Origin: Nitrospirota bacterium
GTDB lineage: Bacteria; Nitrospirota; UBA9217
DNA: 64,000 nucleotides
Direction: 5' to 3'
Assembly: GCA_963751455.1 (NCBI GenBank)
Contig: CAVVUN010000015.1
Span: 544,001 to 608,000 of the forward strand
Below are positions 30,101-38,575 of this stretch, in pieces. The stretch's first letter is position 1. Each line of letters starts with the position of its first letter. The translations under genes were made by a program, and so were the position numbers. Below the pieces are notes generated by a model. It made no database searches. It was given only the letters and a program-made list of their open reading frames with translations, and was not told the DNA's origin.

Positions 30101-31335
30101 CGCAGTCCTTCCATATCAAGCCCCCGGCTTCCTTCAACGGATCGCTTCGTTCCAAGAAAATATATCTTCCTGCCATGACGGATCATGCGTTTGCTCTTGC
30201 CGCCGCGTTCAGGTCCTGCGGCGTGGATGCGGAAGTCCTGCCTGAATCCGACGACGAGACGCTTCGTATCGGCAGGGAGTTCAGCTCCGGCCGCGAATGT
30301 TATCCGTTGGCGCTCACTACCGGCGACATGATCAAGGCCGCGCGAAGGCCGGGGTTCGATGCCGATTCGAGCGCTTTTTTTATGCCGACGGGCAAGGGGC
30401 CGTGCCGCTTCGGGCAATACCACCGGTACCATCGTCAGGTGCTCGACCGGGTCGGTCTCGATCGCGTGGAAATTCTTTCTCCCATGCAGGATGAGTCGCT
30501 TCACCAGGACGTCCGGATGCTCGACAAGAATTTCTTCCTGATGAGCTGGCGGGGCGCTTTCGCGGTTGACATGCTTCAAAAAGCACTCTGGGAATGCCGG
30601 CCGCATGAAAAGCGGCCCGGCCAGACGGACAAGGTGTACGAGGCGGCATTGGAGAGGGTCACCGACGCTGTCGAACGGCGGGCCGACCTGCTCCCCGTGC
30701 TCCGAGACGCTTACGAAGAGTTCAGCGCCGTTGAGATAAGCGAGCGGACCAGGCCCGTTATCGGGGTCGTGGGCGAGATCTATATCCGCTCGAACCGGTT
30801 CAGCAACGAGGACGTTGTGCGGCAGATCGAAAAGCTCGGCGGTGAGGCCTGGGTCGCTCCGATATCCGAATGGCTTCTGTATCTGAATGTGACCGCAAAA
30901 GTTTCCGCAAAAATGAGCCGCTCCTGGAAGGCGCTCTTGAAAGCGTACCTTACTTCGCGGGTGCAGAGAAGGGACGAGCACAGATTCCTGAGCGGATTCA
31001 ACGGTAATCTCCGGAGCCTGCATGAACCCAGTATAGAAGATACTCTGTTCGCGGCCCTCCCGTATATCGATCCGTCGTTTGAGGGTGAAGCAGTGCTGTC
31101 CATAGGCAAGGCCATCGACTTCATTAATAAAGGCGTTTCTGGCATTGTTAATGTCATGCCGTTCACGTGCATGCCGGGAACGATTGCAACGGCCGTGTTA
31201 AAAAGGGTGCGTGAAGATTATGGAAATATCCCGGTTCTTACGATCGCGTATGAAGGACAGGGAGATTCTCAGACCCTTACGCGGCTTGAGGCTTTTATAC
31301 ACCAGGCAAGATCATATCACAGGAAAAAATGTTAA
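27163..31335 (+). CDS. Fused double ASKHA activase + reductase/dehydratase (DUF2229) protein, PlsA/Ger-like
   Basis: Two activase domains (GIDIGS...CAAGTGSFLDQQA...RCSVF; GVDVGS...CAAGTGSFLEEQA...RCTVF), then CAECPNRC, SCFPAK, CPYAQ, GRNY, NFGCGPD, ECYP, GPCRFGQY, VGEIYIR, PFTCMPG. Confidence 0.85.
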   Translation: MQNDLYLGIDIGSITIKTALIDSAGAVLIDTYTRLKGDPATALISELTLLFAQFPEYRIDCAGITGSGGKQVADIIGARFVNEILAQSRFAGQYYPATKTIIEMGGEDSKLITLEPDAGGGVSIEDFSMNSACAAGTGSFLDQQASRLNFTIEQFGSIALKSKRPPHVAGRCSVFAKSDMIHLQQIATPDYDIVAGLCYAMARNFKATVGKGKRISAPLLFLGGVAANPGMHRAFLDVLNLSEPDMKAPAHFKTSGAIGAALIAMGEPELASGYRGVAALSQHLASGAKGRASGMEPLAQPKGIMPNPDQDRVPGTDGLIEAYLGVDVGSVSTNVVVIDSRMRVLSKRYLPTAGRPIEAVKQGLREVAEEVGSRVKILGSGTTGSGRYLTGDMIGADIIRNEITAQATAAIAIDPLVDTIFEIGGQDSKFISVQNGAVVDFEMNKACAAGTGSFLEEQAERLGISIKREFENRAFRAESPCRFGERCTVFMESDLVHSMNTGSDVPELTAGLAYSIAYNYLNKVVAGKHVGDRIFFQGGVASNRAVVSAFETITGKVMTVPPHHEVTGAIGAAILAMRACGGTSGFKGFDLSKRAYTITTFECAECPNRCDIRKVNFEGEKPLFYGSRCEKYDVKKKVNTCETIPDLFAEREKLMTPPPGKALAGEAPTIGIPRMLYLNDFLPFWQTFFTELGFRVVLSGRTNRTLINRSLETAAAESCFPAKVAIGHIQDLLDRKVDILFVPSFIRFPESHTVDGNSQACPYAQALPYIARASLRYTQTRVIEPVLLLHDDRHFRKSIGRIGTMLRKRRAAVRRAWMLARKTQDECVRSAEDRGRALLAGIKPDEKALVLIGRNYNTCDPGLNLNLSAKIRDLGVQAIPMDYLSLGDVDLSDMGGTYWRSGQKIIAAARIIRKHPALFPVYITNFGCGPDSFITHFFKQEMEGKPYLQLEIDEHSADAGAITRVEAFLDSVNASASRKSQSFHIKPPASFNGSLRSKKIYLPAMTDHAFALAAAFRSCGVDAEVLPESDDETLRIGREFSSGRECYPLALTTGDMIKAARRPGFDADSSAFFMPTGKGPCRFGQYHRYHRQVLDRVGLDRVEILSPMQDESLHQDVRMLDKNFFLMSWRGAFAVDMLQKALWECRPHEKRPGQTDKVYEAALERVTDAVERRADLLPVLRDAYEEFSAVEISERTRPVIGVVGEIYIRSNRFSNEDVVRQIEKLGGEAWVAPISEWLLYLNVTAKVSAKMSRSWKALLKAYLTSRVQRRDEHRFLSGFNGNLRSLHEPSIEDTLFAALPYIDPSFEGEAVLSIGKAIDFINKGVSGIVNVMPFTCMPGTIATAVLKRVREDYGNIPVLTIAYEGQGDSQTLTRLEAFIHQARSYHRKKC

Positions 31336-31429
31336 TAATACTTTATTATTAACATTTTTTGCATATGTAGAGCGTATAAAAGCGGGTTGCAACGAAAAAT
31401 TGCGGACAATGAAAATGTTATTAATCAGC

Positions 31430-31458
31430 TTGACAAGGTATGGATAATGCGATATTCT
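31430..31458 (+). promoter_or_regulatory. sigma70 promoter upstream of the cold-shock gene
   Basis: TTGACA-N17-TATTCT. Confidence 0.55.
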
Positions 31459-31519
31459 CTTTCCATCCGCGGATAAATTTCCCGGAAAAATTCAAACAGA
31501 AGCATAGGAGAAAGCAAGC

Positions 31520-31723
31520 ATGGCTAACGGAGTAGTGAAGTGGTTCAACAACAGTAAGGGGTTTGGTTTTATCACGCAGGACAATGGCGAGGACGTATTT
31601 GTGCACTTTTCGGCCATATCGGGAGATGGATTCAAGTCTCTGAACGAAGGCGACAAAGTTACGTTCGAGGTTGTCAAGGGCCCGAAAGGTCTCCAGGCAG
31701 CCAATGTATCCAAAGTCCAGTAA
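31520..31723 (+). CDS. Cold-shock protein (CspA family)
   Basis: [30 protein letters not shown]. Confidence 0.97.
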   Translation: MANGVVKWFNNSKGFGFITQDNGEDVFVHFSAISGDGFKSLNEGDKVTFEVVKGPKGLQAANVSKVQ

Positions 31724-31759
31724 TCATTAAAAAATTTATTTCCTACTATTACCTACGTA

Positions 31760-31788
31760 AAGCCCCGAGACTATCGGGGCTTTTTTTC
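31760..31788 (+). terminator. Intrinsic terminator after the cold-shock gene
   Basis: aagccccga-gacta-tcggggctt plus a T-run. Confidence 0.8.
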
Positions 31789-31889
31789 TTGCGCTTTGCG
31801 GTCGCGTTTCATAAATAAATCTGTAAAAAAAGACGGGCTGCGATGCCCGTCTTTTTTTTACAGATGATTCGCTGTATTTATATCGAAAT

Positions 31890-32207
31890 TTATGAAGCTG
31901 ATTCAGATGCTTTTTTCGCGCCAAGAGCGGATGGGGCCGATACGACATAACCAATAGCTGTACCCAGAAGCCCCCCGACGACGATGCTGACTGCAGCCGC
32001 GCACGAAATGCCTACCGCAATTCCCATAACCACTGCAGCCCGTACAAATAAGGTGGGCTCAACTGCACCGCCCATGAGCTTCTGAAGCAGAATCAATGTC
32101 CCGTAACTCCCGAAGTAAAACCCCGGCACGATTCCCATTACTACAAACACCAGCCCTCCGATCGTTGCTCCGATCTTCATTCCCGCTTTTACCGTTTCGT
32201 TCTTCAT
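31890..32207 (-). CDS. Small Gly-rich membrane protein of unknown function (paralog 2)
   Basis: GAGG RBS; hydrophobic GxxxG helices; PG and EP motifs shared with 32287..32598. Confidence 0.8.
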   Translation of the reverse strand: MKNETVKAGMKIGATIGGLVFVVMGIVPGFYFGSYGTLILLQKLMGGAVEPTLFVRAAVVMGIAVGISCAAAVSIVVGGLLGTAIGYVVSAPSALGAKKASESAS

Positions 32208-32286
32208 GATATTCTCCTCTCCATTTTTTTATTTTTTTATTAGCTCACAAGTGTATCGACACGCCTGACTTATTTTCGCCGAATGA

Positions 32287-32598
32287 CTACTTTTCCTGAC
32301 CTGCGGCCATTGCCGGACCCACTGCAGAATCGAGAAGAGAGCCGACAAGACAGCCTGCTGTGGATGATGCCGTCACTATGGTAATTGCAGAAGCAGCCAC
32401 GCCGATGAGCATTGATAACAGCACCATGCACCGTGATATGATCCCGGGTTCGAGCGGCAACCCGAAGAGCATGCCCGCAATCTTGATTCCGGCCGCCCCG
32501 CCTAAAAGACTGCCCGGAAGAAACCCGAAAACAGCGAAGAGCACCAGGCCCGCCCCTGCACCTACATATGCCCCTTTTCTCGCTATCGTCTTATTCAT
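32287..32598 (-). CDS. Small Gly-rich membrane protein of unknown function (paralog 1)
   Basis: GGAGG RBS then MNKTIARKGAYVGAGAGLVLFAVFGFLPG...LEPGIISR. Confidence 0.8.
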   Translation of the reverse strand: MNKTIARKGAYVGAGAGLVLFAVFGFLPGSLLGGAAGIKIAGMLFGLPLEPGIISRCMVLLSMLIGVAASAITIVTASSTAGCLVGSLLDSAVGPAMAAGQEK

Positions 32599-32636
32599 GA
32601 TCACTACCTCCCTTGTCCGTTCTTGCCAAAGTAAAT

Positions 32637-32652
32637 TGCATGCTTCGTGCCA
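32637..32652 (-). promoter_or_regulatory. sigma54 (-24/-12) promoter
   Basis: Minus strand TGGCACGAAGCATGCA, about 40 bp upstream of the start at 32598. Confidence 0.7.
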
Positions 32653-32779
32653 AAATATAAACTGCTGAATTAACGGGCTTTGGGGTCCAGTAATGATTTG
32701 CAAGAGTGAGAAAGAGGACAGGAAAATTATTACGAATGCGAAGAAGGCGGCAGGCGAAAACGGTATAGGAATAAATTTT

Positions 32780-32946
32780 GTAACTATTCAGCTTCTTTTC
32801 AGAACGGCATTAAGACAAATCGGAGAAAAAGCCTTCTATCCGCAGATTTCGCAGATGGACGCAGATTTTAAAACCAGAATTCAGGTTTTGTTTTTATCTG
32901 CGAAATCTGCGTGATCTGCGGATAAAAAAATGACCTGAGTAGTTAC
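32780..32946. mobile_element. MITE-like element, family A (12-bp TIR, 8-bp TSD)
   Basis: TIRs gtaactattcag / ctgagtagttac; TAAATTTT at 32772-32779 and 32947-32954; internal CGCAGAT/ATCTGCG arrays. Confidence 0.85.
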
Positions 32947-33388
32947 TAAATTTTTAAAATATTGCGGCTGAGCATGCATAGACAGCTACGCGATGAGCTG
33001 CCCAAAAAACCAAGGATCATGTACGTCATGCCGGGAAGTACAAGATCCTGTCTTTTTTTCTGCACCGCTGTTCTCAGCACCGCGCAGACATGCCAGATTG
33101 TCTTAAGGTCCTGCTTGTCGATTCAGCCACACATAGCGCTGCGCTTCGCTGCGCTATGCACAATACATAGACTCGTCGTCGTACCCTCGCACTGAGAAAC
33201 ATGCGAGGGGAATCAAGGACCGCATACATGATTCGTGGGTTGTCGACGCTGCTGCCGGTCATGGTAATGCGCGGATGCGTTCACGTCCTGCTCTCGCGCT
33301 ACGCACTCGAAGGCGCTGGGTGCAGGCGGGATGCAGGGGGTTCTGGCAAAGGTAAGGGGAATGGCTTAGATAGAAGCGCATAGCGCAA

Positions 33389-34393
33389 TCATAAGGGCAT
33401 CGTTGCGCGGGGATTAAGATCCAGACCGGAGCGCTCACCACAGCGGTAACGATGGTACCCGGCGAGGGCGATCATGGCCGCGTTGTCTATACAAAAACTC
33501 AAGCTCGGAAGATAGAGTGATATGGCATGCAGCTCAGTCTCGTGCTTCATCCTGCTCCTGAGCAGGCTGTTTGCCGCGACCCCGCCCGCGATAACGATGC
33601 GGTCGGCACCGGTGTCCTTGGCCGCCTGGATCGTCTTCTTTACCAGCGTGTCCACAACGGCCGCCTGAAAACTTGCCGCCACATCCCGTATATTCAGTGT
33701 GGGATCGAGGCCTTTGTCCCTGCTCTTAAAGATTGCAACATGATTCCGGACCGCGGTCTTAAGGCCGCTGAAGCTGAAATCGAAGCCTTCAAGCTGTCCG
33801 CGCGGAAATTTTACCGCACCCGGATTTCCCTCCCGCGCAAGGCCATCGAGGATGGGGCCGCCCGGATAGTCAAGGTCGAGGAGCTTCGCAACTTTATCGT
33901 ATGCTTCGCCTGCGGCGTCATCACGCGTCTGTCCAAGCATAGTATACTGTCCGAAACCATTTACCAGGTACAATGCTGTATGGCCGCCTGAAACAAGCAG
34001 TGCCACATAGGGATGCCCGATGCCGGGATATTCGATGTGTGCGGCGAGGATATGGCCTTCGCCGTGGTGCACCCCGATAAAGGGAATTTCGAGCGCATAC
34101 GAGAGCGCCTTTGCAGCCGAGACACCGACCAGCAGCGCGCCGATCAGCCCCGGCGTGTACGTTACCGCAATCAAATCGATATGCTCTAGCGATACTGTTG
34201 CGGAATCGAGTGCCTCCCGAATGACGGGCACGATATTTTTCAGATGTTCCCGCGATGCCAGCTCGGGCACCACGCCGCCGTATTTTTTGTGTACGTCTGT
34301 TTGAGACGACACGATGCTGGAGAGGACGATGTCGTTACGGAGCACGGCGGCAGCGGTTTCGTCGCAGGAGGTTTCTATTCCTAGAATAAGCAT
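33389..34393 (-). CDS. tsaD: tRNA N6-adenosine threonylcarbamoyltransferase
   Basis: IETSCDET, HHGEGH, LVSGGH, DDAAGEAYDK, DNAAMI. Confidence 0.97.
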   Translation of the reverse strand: MLILGIETSCDETAAAVLRNDIVLSSIVSSQTDVHKKYGGVVPELASREHLKNIVPVIREALDSATVSLEHIDLIAVTYTPGLIGALLVGVSAAKALSYALEIPFIGVHHGEGHILAAHIEYPGIGHPYVALLVSGGHTALYLVNGFGQYTMLGQTRDDAAGEAYDKVAKLLDLDYPGGPILDGLAREGNPGAVKFPRGQLEGFDFSFSGLKTAVRNHVAIFKSRDKGLDPTLNIRDVAASFQAAVVDTLVKKTIQAAKDTGADRIVIAGGVAANSLLRSRMKHETELHAISLYLPSLSFCIDNAAMIALAGYHRYRCGERSGLDLNPRATMPL

Positions 34394-34502
34394 TTTTTTC
34401 CTTAAGGCAGGGTATCTGATGCCGGAACGAGACACCACGGGGCCTGTGAAGAATCTGCCGCGACGTTCTCCCTAACGCCCTGTCACAGCGTCTCAGGGTC
34501 CG

Positions 34503-35372
34503 CTACTGCATCAGTTTCGAAAGCGGCACGATCTCGATGCCTTGCTCCGGTGCTGAAGCCAGCCATTTCCGAAGGGCGCTTATCGTTGCCGGATGCGGAT
34601 GGCCTATGCCGATCGACCGGCCGTGTTCTTTCGCGAGGCGGGCCAGCTCTTCAAGCTGTTTACCGATGTATTCCTCGTTGTCACCCTCATTATCGAGAAA
34701 TACATCCCGCCTGGCCGCACGAAGGCCGAACTCTTTCGCGGTTGCATAGGCCACGCTTTTTGGAGACGTGAGACTGTCAAGGAACAGGAGGTCACGGGTC
34801 TTGAGCTCGGCCATGAGGAACTTCATTGCCTCCTTGTTCTCGGTAAGGGAAGATCCTTCATGGTTGTTTACGCCGATTGCATTCGGAACGGATCGTACAT
34901 CTTCGCTGAAGGTGTTTAAAAAATCCATCGGCGTCATGTTCGCACGGAGCATGCCAGGGGCCGGCTTTCCGTTTCTGCCCCTATGTTCCATGGGAAGGTG
35001 GAGAAGCAGTTCGCCGTTTTTCTGCCTGATGAGCGCTGCGACCGTCTGCGATTGAGGCAGGCCGGGCATGACCGCGAACGTGAGCCGGCCGGGAAGCGAA
35101 AGGATCTCCCGCGCCGACTTCAAGTCCTGTCCGAGGTCGTCGATGACGATCGCTACCCGGGCGTCCGGCTTCCCGGTCTTTTCCGACGCAGCCTCCGATT
35201 TTTTCGGCGGCTGGGCGGTCCTTTTTGCATCGGGGCTGTATTGCCGCAGCGGTCCCCATAGAATCAGCCCGATTACGACGAGGCAGATTACGATGCCGGC
35301 GAGCACGAAGCGTTCATAGCTGCCGCCCTTGCTTTTTGATTTTCCTTTTGCGGACTGTTCCTTTTTTGCCAT
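34503..35372 (-). CDS. Divergent polysaccharide deacetylase family protein (YibQ-like)
   Basis: TM anchor; AIVIDDLG, LHLPME, GVNNHEGS, FLDSLT, RDVFLDN, IGIGHP. Confidence 0.9.
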   Translation of the reverse strand: MAKKEQSAKGKSKSKGGSYERFVLAGIVICLVVIGLILWGPLRQYSPDAKRTAQPPKKSEAASEKTGKPDARVAIVIDDLGQDLKSAREILSLPGRLTFAVMPGLPQSQTVAALIRQKNGELLLHLPMEHRGRNGKPAPGMLRANMTPMDFLNTFSEDVRSVPNAIGVNNHEGSSLTENKEAMKFLMAELKTRDLLFLDSLTSPKSVAYATAKEFGLRAARRDVFLDNEGDNEEYIGKQLEELARLAKEHGRSIGIGHPHPATISALRKWLASAPEQGIEIVPLSKLMQ

Positions 35373-35603
35373 GGCAAGCCTTTATACAATATCGCAGGCA
35401 AAAAAACCAGAGGATTTTACAGTTCAGCGGCGACTTTCTCGGATATCACTTTGAGCGCGGCATGCGGTGGCCGCGCAATCCGGTCGGTATAGAGCACTGT
35501 AAACCACAGACCTTAGAGACGCTATATTATCTAAAGTTAAAATATAATATCTTATCATAGTTATGATTTTCCTCAATACCCCGAAAATACCCTGCCAAGG
35601 AGA

Positions 35604-35632
35604 TTGACAACCTAAACGAAAAAAACTATAGT
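35604..35632 (+). promoter_or_regulatory. sigma70 promoter
   Basis: TTGACA-N17-TATAGT. Confidence 0.55.
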
Positions 35633-35947
35633 CGCCTTTGCCTGTGATTCCTAAGTATTCGATTTATTTAAAGTTACTTATTGTTATAACTAAAAAAAAC
35701 TGTCGCAGTAGCGAGCATGCTGCTGTCATCCTGCTTTCACAACTTGCCGGAATCAAACAACTTGTTAATAGACTATGTTTTACGCCTGCATAATCCCGGT
35801 CGCATCGGCCTAAGATGGCCCCTGATCATGTTTCTCCGATCTACGATGCCCGTTTGATAAAACGTATTCTTCAAATCGCAATGCCTTCCTGGCCCTTGTC
35901 TGTTTAAACGACAGGATAAAAACGGCGGGCAATTGCAAGGGGAGATT

Positions 35948-36587
35948 ATGAGCAGGCAAGAGGATGTTTGTCTTATTCAGAACTGTCTGGAAGGCGCCGA
36001 CGACGCAGGCTGGGACTCATTTGTAAGAACGTATTCCCGGCTTATCTGGCATTCGATCCAGAAGACTTTTTTGACCCACTCCTTTCTTTTCAGCCGCGAA
36101 GATGTTGAAGATAAAAGATCAGGAACCACGAATGAACCTAAAAACGGCATTTGAACACGGATGAACACGGAAACAGCGGATCAAAACAATGTGATAGAGC
36201 AAAAAGCCATCTCGCCTTTTGGGTGAATCCATTACTGTTCGTAACTTCCTATAAATCCGTGTTGATCAGATTTTATCCGTGTCCAACTGCTTTTTTCAGG
36301 ATGAAACCGATGCCGGAGTCGTGACTCCTTCCGGTGTTGCAGGTTCCGGTTCCTACGCTATAGCTGTGTACACGGCGGCATCCGGAACGTTGTCCGGGCA
36401 GGTGCGGATTCTGGTTGCGAGCGGAAGCGGGTTTATGACCAGTGAGTTCTGCAGTATGAACGGCGATATAGCTACGGGTCACTCCCCGAAAAACTCTGAC
36501 TTCAGCCTTGTAAATTTTTCCGCATCCGACGCGAACGGAAACGTCATAAGCGGATTGATTCCAGAATACGTAGCCGATATTCAGTAA
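35948..36587 (+). pseudogene. Chimeric remnant: ECF sigma factor N-terminus joined to the C-terminus of a secreted beta-protein, split by a MITE
   Basis: MSRQEDVCLIQNCLEG...WDSFVRTYSRLI...EDVED resembles sigma region 1.2/2.1. After the MITE the sequence reads ETDAGVVTPSGVAG...FSASDANGNVISGL. Confidence 0.6.
36137..36300. mobile_element. MITE-like element, family B (CCT ends, 5-bp TSD ATGAA)
   Basis: Ends cctaaaaacggcatttg / caactgcttttttcagg; ATGAA at 36132-36136 and 36301-36305; internal CACGGA/TCCGTG arrays. Confidence 0.8.
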
Positions 36588-36733
36588 GTGTCTTTATCTG
36601 CATTGATCGATTTTTTCCGCGACCTAATCCCAAATTATTCCCAAACCCTTTTCAAACATCTTTTTTTGGCTTGACTTGATGCTGATCGGCTTTTATACTG
36701 CGTCTTGTTCGATACAGAGGAGGTTTTTGACTG

Positions 36734-37762
36734 ATGAGCTTTGAATACGTCCGGGAGATTCCGCAGCCCGATGAAATTCTTGCGGCAATGCCGCTCTCTT
36801 CCGATCTTATTGACGCGAAGAAAAAGCGGGACCTGGACATAAAGGCCGCTTTTACCGGAGAGGCGAACAAACTGCTTCTTGTCATAGGGCCCTGTTCAGC
36901 CCACGACGAGGAAGCTGTGTGCGATTACATATCGAGGCTTGCGCGGGTCCAGGCAGAGGTGAAGGAAAAGATCATTATCATTCCAAGAATCTATACAAAC
37001 AAGCCGCGCACCACCGGGATCGGATACAAGGGCATGGCGCACCAGCCGAAACTTGATGAAGCGCCGAACATAGTCGAAGGCATAAAGGCCATCAGGAAGA
37101 TGCACCTGCGCGCCTTAAAGGAATCACATCTTCCGGCTGCCGATGAAATGCTCTACCCGGGGAACTTTCCGTACCTCGAGGATGTCCTGAGCTATGTCGC
37201 TGTCGGGGCGCGCTCTGTTGAAAACCAGGCCCACCGGCTGACGTGCAGCGGGCTCGACATTCCGGCAGGAATGAAGAATCCGACATCCGGAGACAATGAG
37301 GTGACGCTCAACTCGATCCAGGCAGCGCAGGCGCCGCATGTCTTCAGCTATAACCGCTGGGAGGTCAAGACCTCGGGCAATCCTCTTGCGCACGCTGTTC
37401 TGCGCGGCGCCATCGATTATCACGGGCTGTCCGTTCCCAACTATCACTATGAAGACCTGCAGATGTTCGCTGAATCGTACCAGAAACGGGGCCTTGCCAA
37501 TCCGGCGATCATCGTTGACACAAACCATGCGAATTCGAATAAGAAATACGCCGAGCAGCCCCGTATCGCCATGGAAGTAATGCAAAGCCGCCGGCATTCG
37601 AAACTGCTGCAGACCATGATCAAGGGCTTTATGATCGAGAGCTTCATCGAGGAGGGCGCCCAAAAGGTCACTGAGGAAGTCTACGGCAAATCGATCACCG
37701 ATCCCTGCCTCGGGTGGAAGGATTCCGAGAAACTGATCAGGGAACTGGCGGGAATGGTGTAG
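36734..37762 (+). CDS. 3-deoxy-7-phosphoheptulonate (DAHP) synthase, class I
   Basis: GPCSAH, KPRT, GARS, MKN, HANS, SITDPC. Confidence 0.93.
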   Translation: MSFEYVREIPQPDEILAAMPLSSDLIDAKKKRDLDIKAAFTGEANKLLLVIGPCSAHDEEAVCDYISRLARVQAEVKEKIIIIPRIYTNKPRTTGIGYKGMAHQPKLDEAPNIVEGIKAIRKMHLRALKESHLPAADEMLYPGNFPYLEDVLSYVAVGARSVENQAHRLTCSGLDIPAGMKNPTSGDNEVTLNSIQAAQAPHVFSYNRWEVKTSGNPLAHAVLRGAIDYHGLSVPNYHYEDLQMFAESYQKRGLANPAIIVDTNHANSNKKYAEQPRIAMEVMQSRRHSKLLQTMIKGFMIESFIEEGAQKVTEEVYGKSITDPCLGWKDSEKLIRELAGMV

Positions 37763-37766
37763 AACC

Positions 37767-37852
37767 GCATAGCGCATGGAGCATGGCGTATGGAGTATAG
37801 AAGCGCAAAGTGCATAGACAGGATTTTAACGCTATACGCTCTGCCCTATGCT
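37767..37852. repeat. Inverted arrays of 7-bp periodic repeats
   Basis: gcatagc-gcatgga-gcatggc-gtatgga-gtataga ... ctatacg-ctctgcc-ctatgct. Confidence 0.65.
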
Positions 37853-37865
37853 CTTTTCCACACTT

Positions 37866-38495
37866 ATGGATCTCTTTGACGCGATTCACAACAGAAAAAG
37901 CATCCGCCGGTTCAAGCGGACTCCCGTGCCTGACGAGGACCTAAAAAAGATTGTCGACGCCGCGAGATGGGCACCGAGTGCGAACAATACCCAGCCCTGG
38001 AGCTTTATCGTGATCAGGGACCGGTCTGTTCTTAAGAGCATGGCAGACGCCGTGCGGGAAATGATAGACCGCATGATACCGTTTGCGGACAGCGAGAAAC
38101 AGGCGCAGCGGCTTGCGGCATACAAGAGCAACTATTACACATTTTTCGAGAATGCACCGGTCGTGATCGCTGTCTGCATGGAAGCGTACGATGCAGGTAC
38201 GGATCTTCTGCTTGCCAGAATGGGATATACGCCCGAGCAGGCCAGGAGACTAAGGCCTTTGCCGGGCCTCCAAAGCGTTTCAGCTGCTGTCCAGAACATG
38301 CTCCTGGCGATCCATGCCCTCGGATACGGCTCGTGCTGGATGACGGGGCCGCTCGTGGCCCAGGAAGCGTTCGAAAAGCTTTTAGGTTTCGGAAAAGATA
38401 AATCTATTGCGGCACTGTTGCCGGTGGGTGTTCCGGACGAAAACCCTCTTGCGAGGAGCAGGAAAGATTTGGATGAGCTTGTAAGGTTTGTTTGA
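37866..38495 (+). CDS. Nitroreductase family protein
   Basis: RKSIRRF, APSANNTQPW, QNMLLAIHALGYGSCW. Confidence 0.92.
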   Translation: MDLFDAIHNRKSIRRFKRTPVPDEDLKKIVDAARWAPSANNTQPWSFIVIRDRSVLKSMADAVREMIDRMIPFADSEKQAQRLAAYKSNYYTFFENAPVVIAVCMEAYDAGTDLLLARMGYTPEQARRLRPLPGLQSVSAAVQNMLLAIHALGYGSCWMTGPLVAQEAFEKLLGFGKDKSIAALLPVGVPDENPLARSRKDLDELVRFV

Positions 38496-38506
38496 GCAGT
38501 GGGGGT

Positions 38507-38569
38507 GTGTCAGAGCGTCAGAGTTTCGGAGTGTCAGAGAAAAACTTTGACACTGTGACTCTTTGATAC
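38507..38569. repeat. Inverted arrays of 8-bp periodic repeats between convergent genes
   Basis: gtgtcaga-gcgtcaga-gtttcgga-gtgtcaga ... tttgacac-tgtgactc-tttgatac. Confidence 0.7.
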
Positions 38570-38575
38570 TGATTT

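Noticed and set aside
29956-31023. 355-aa minus-strand ORF and similar long overlapping ORFs (2197..3117, 10155..10898, 12642..13349, 38870..39619, 58485..59180)
   Set aside because: They lie opposite well-supported genes, have no motifs, and are expected from GC-biased codon usage.
16285-38569. CRISPR array interpretation of the periodic repeats
   Set aside because: Units are 7-9 bp, degenerate and inverted, with no unique spacers and no cas genes.
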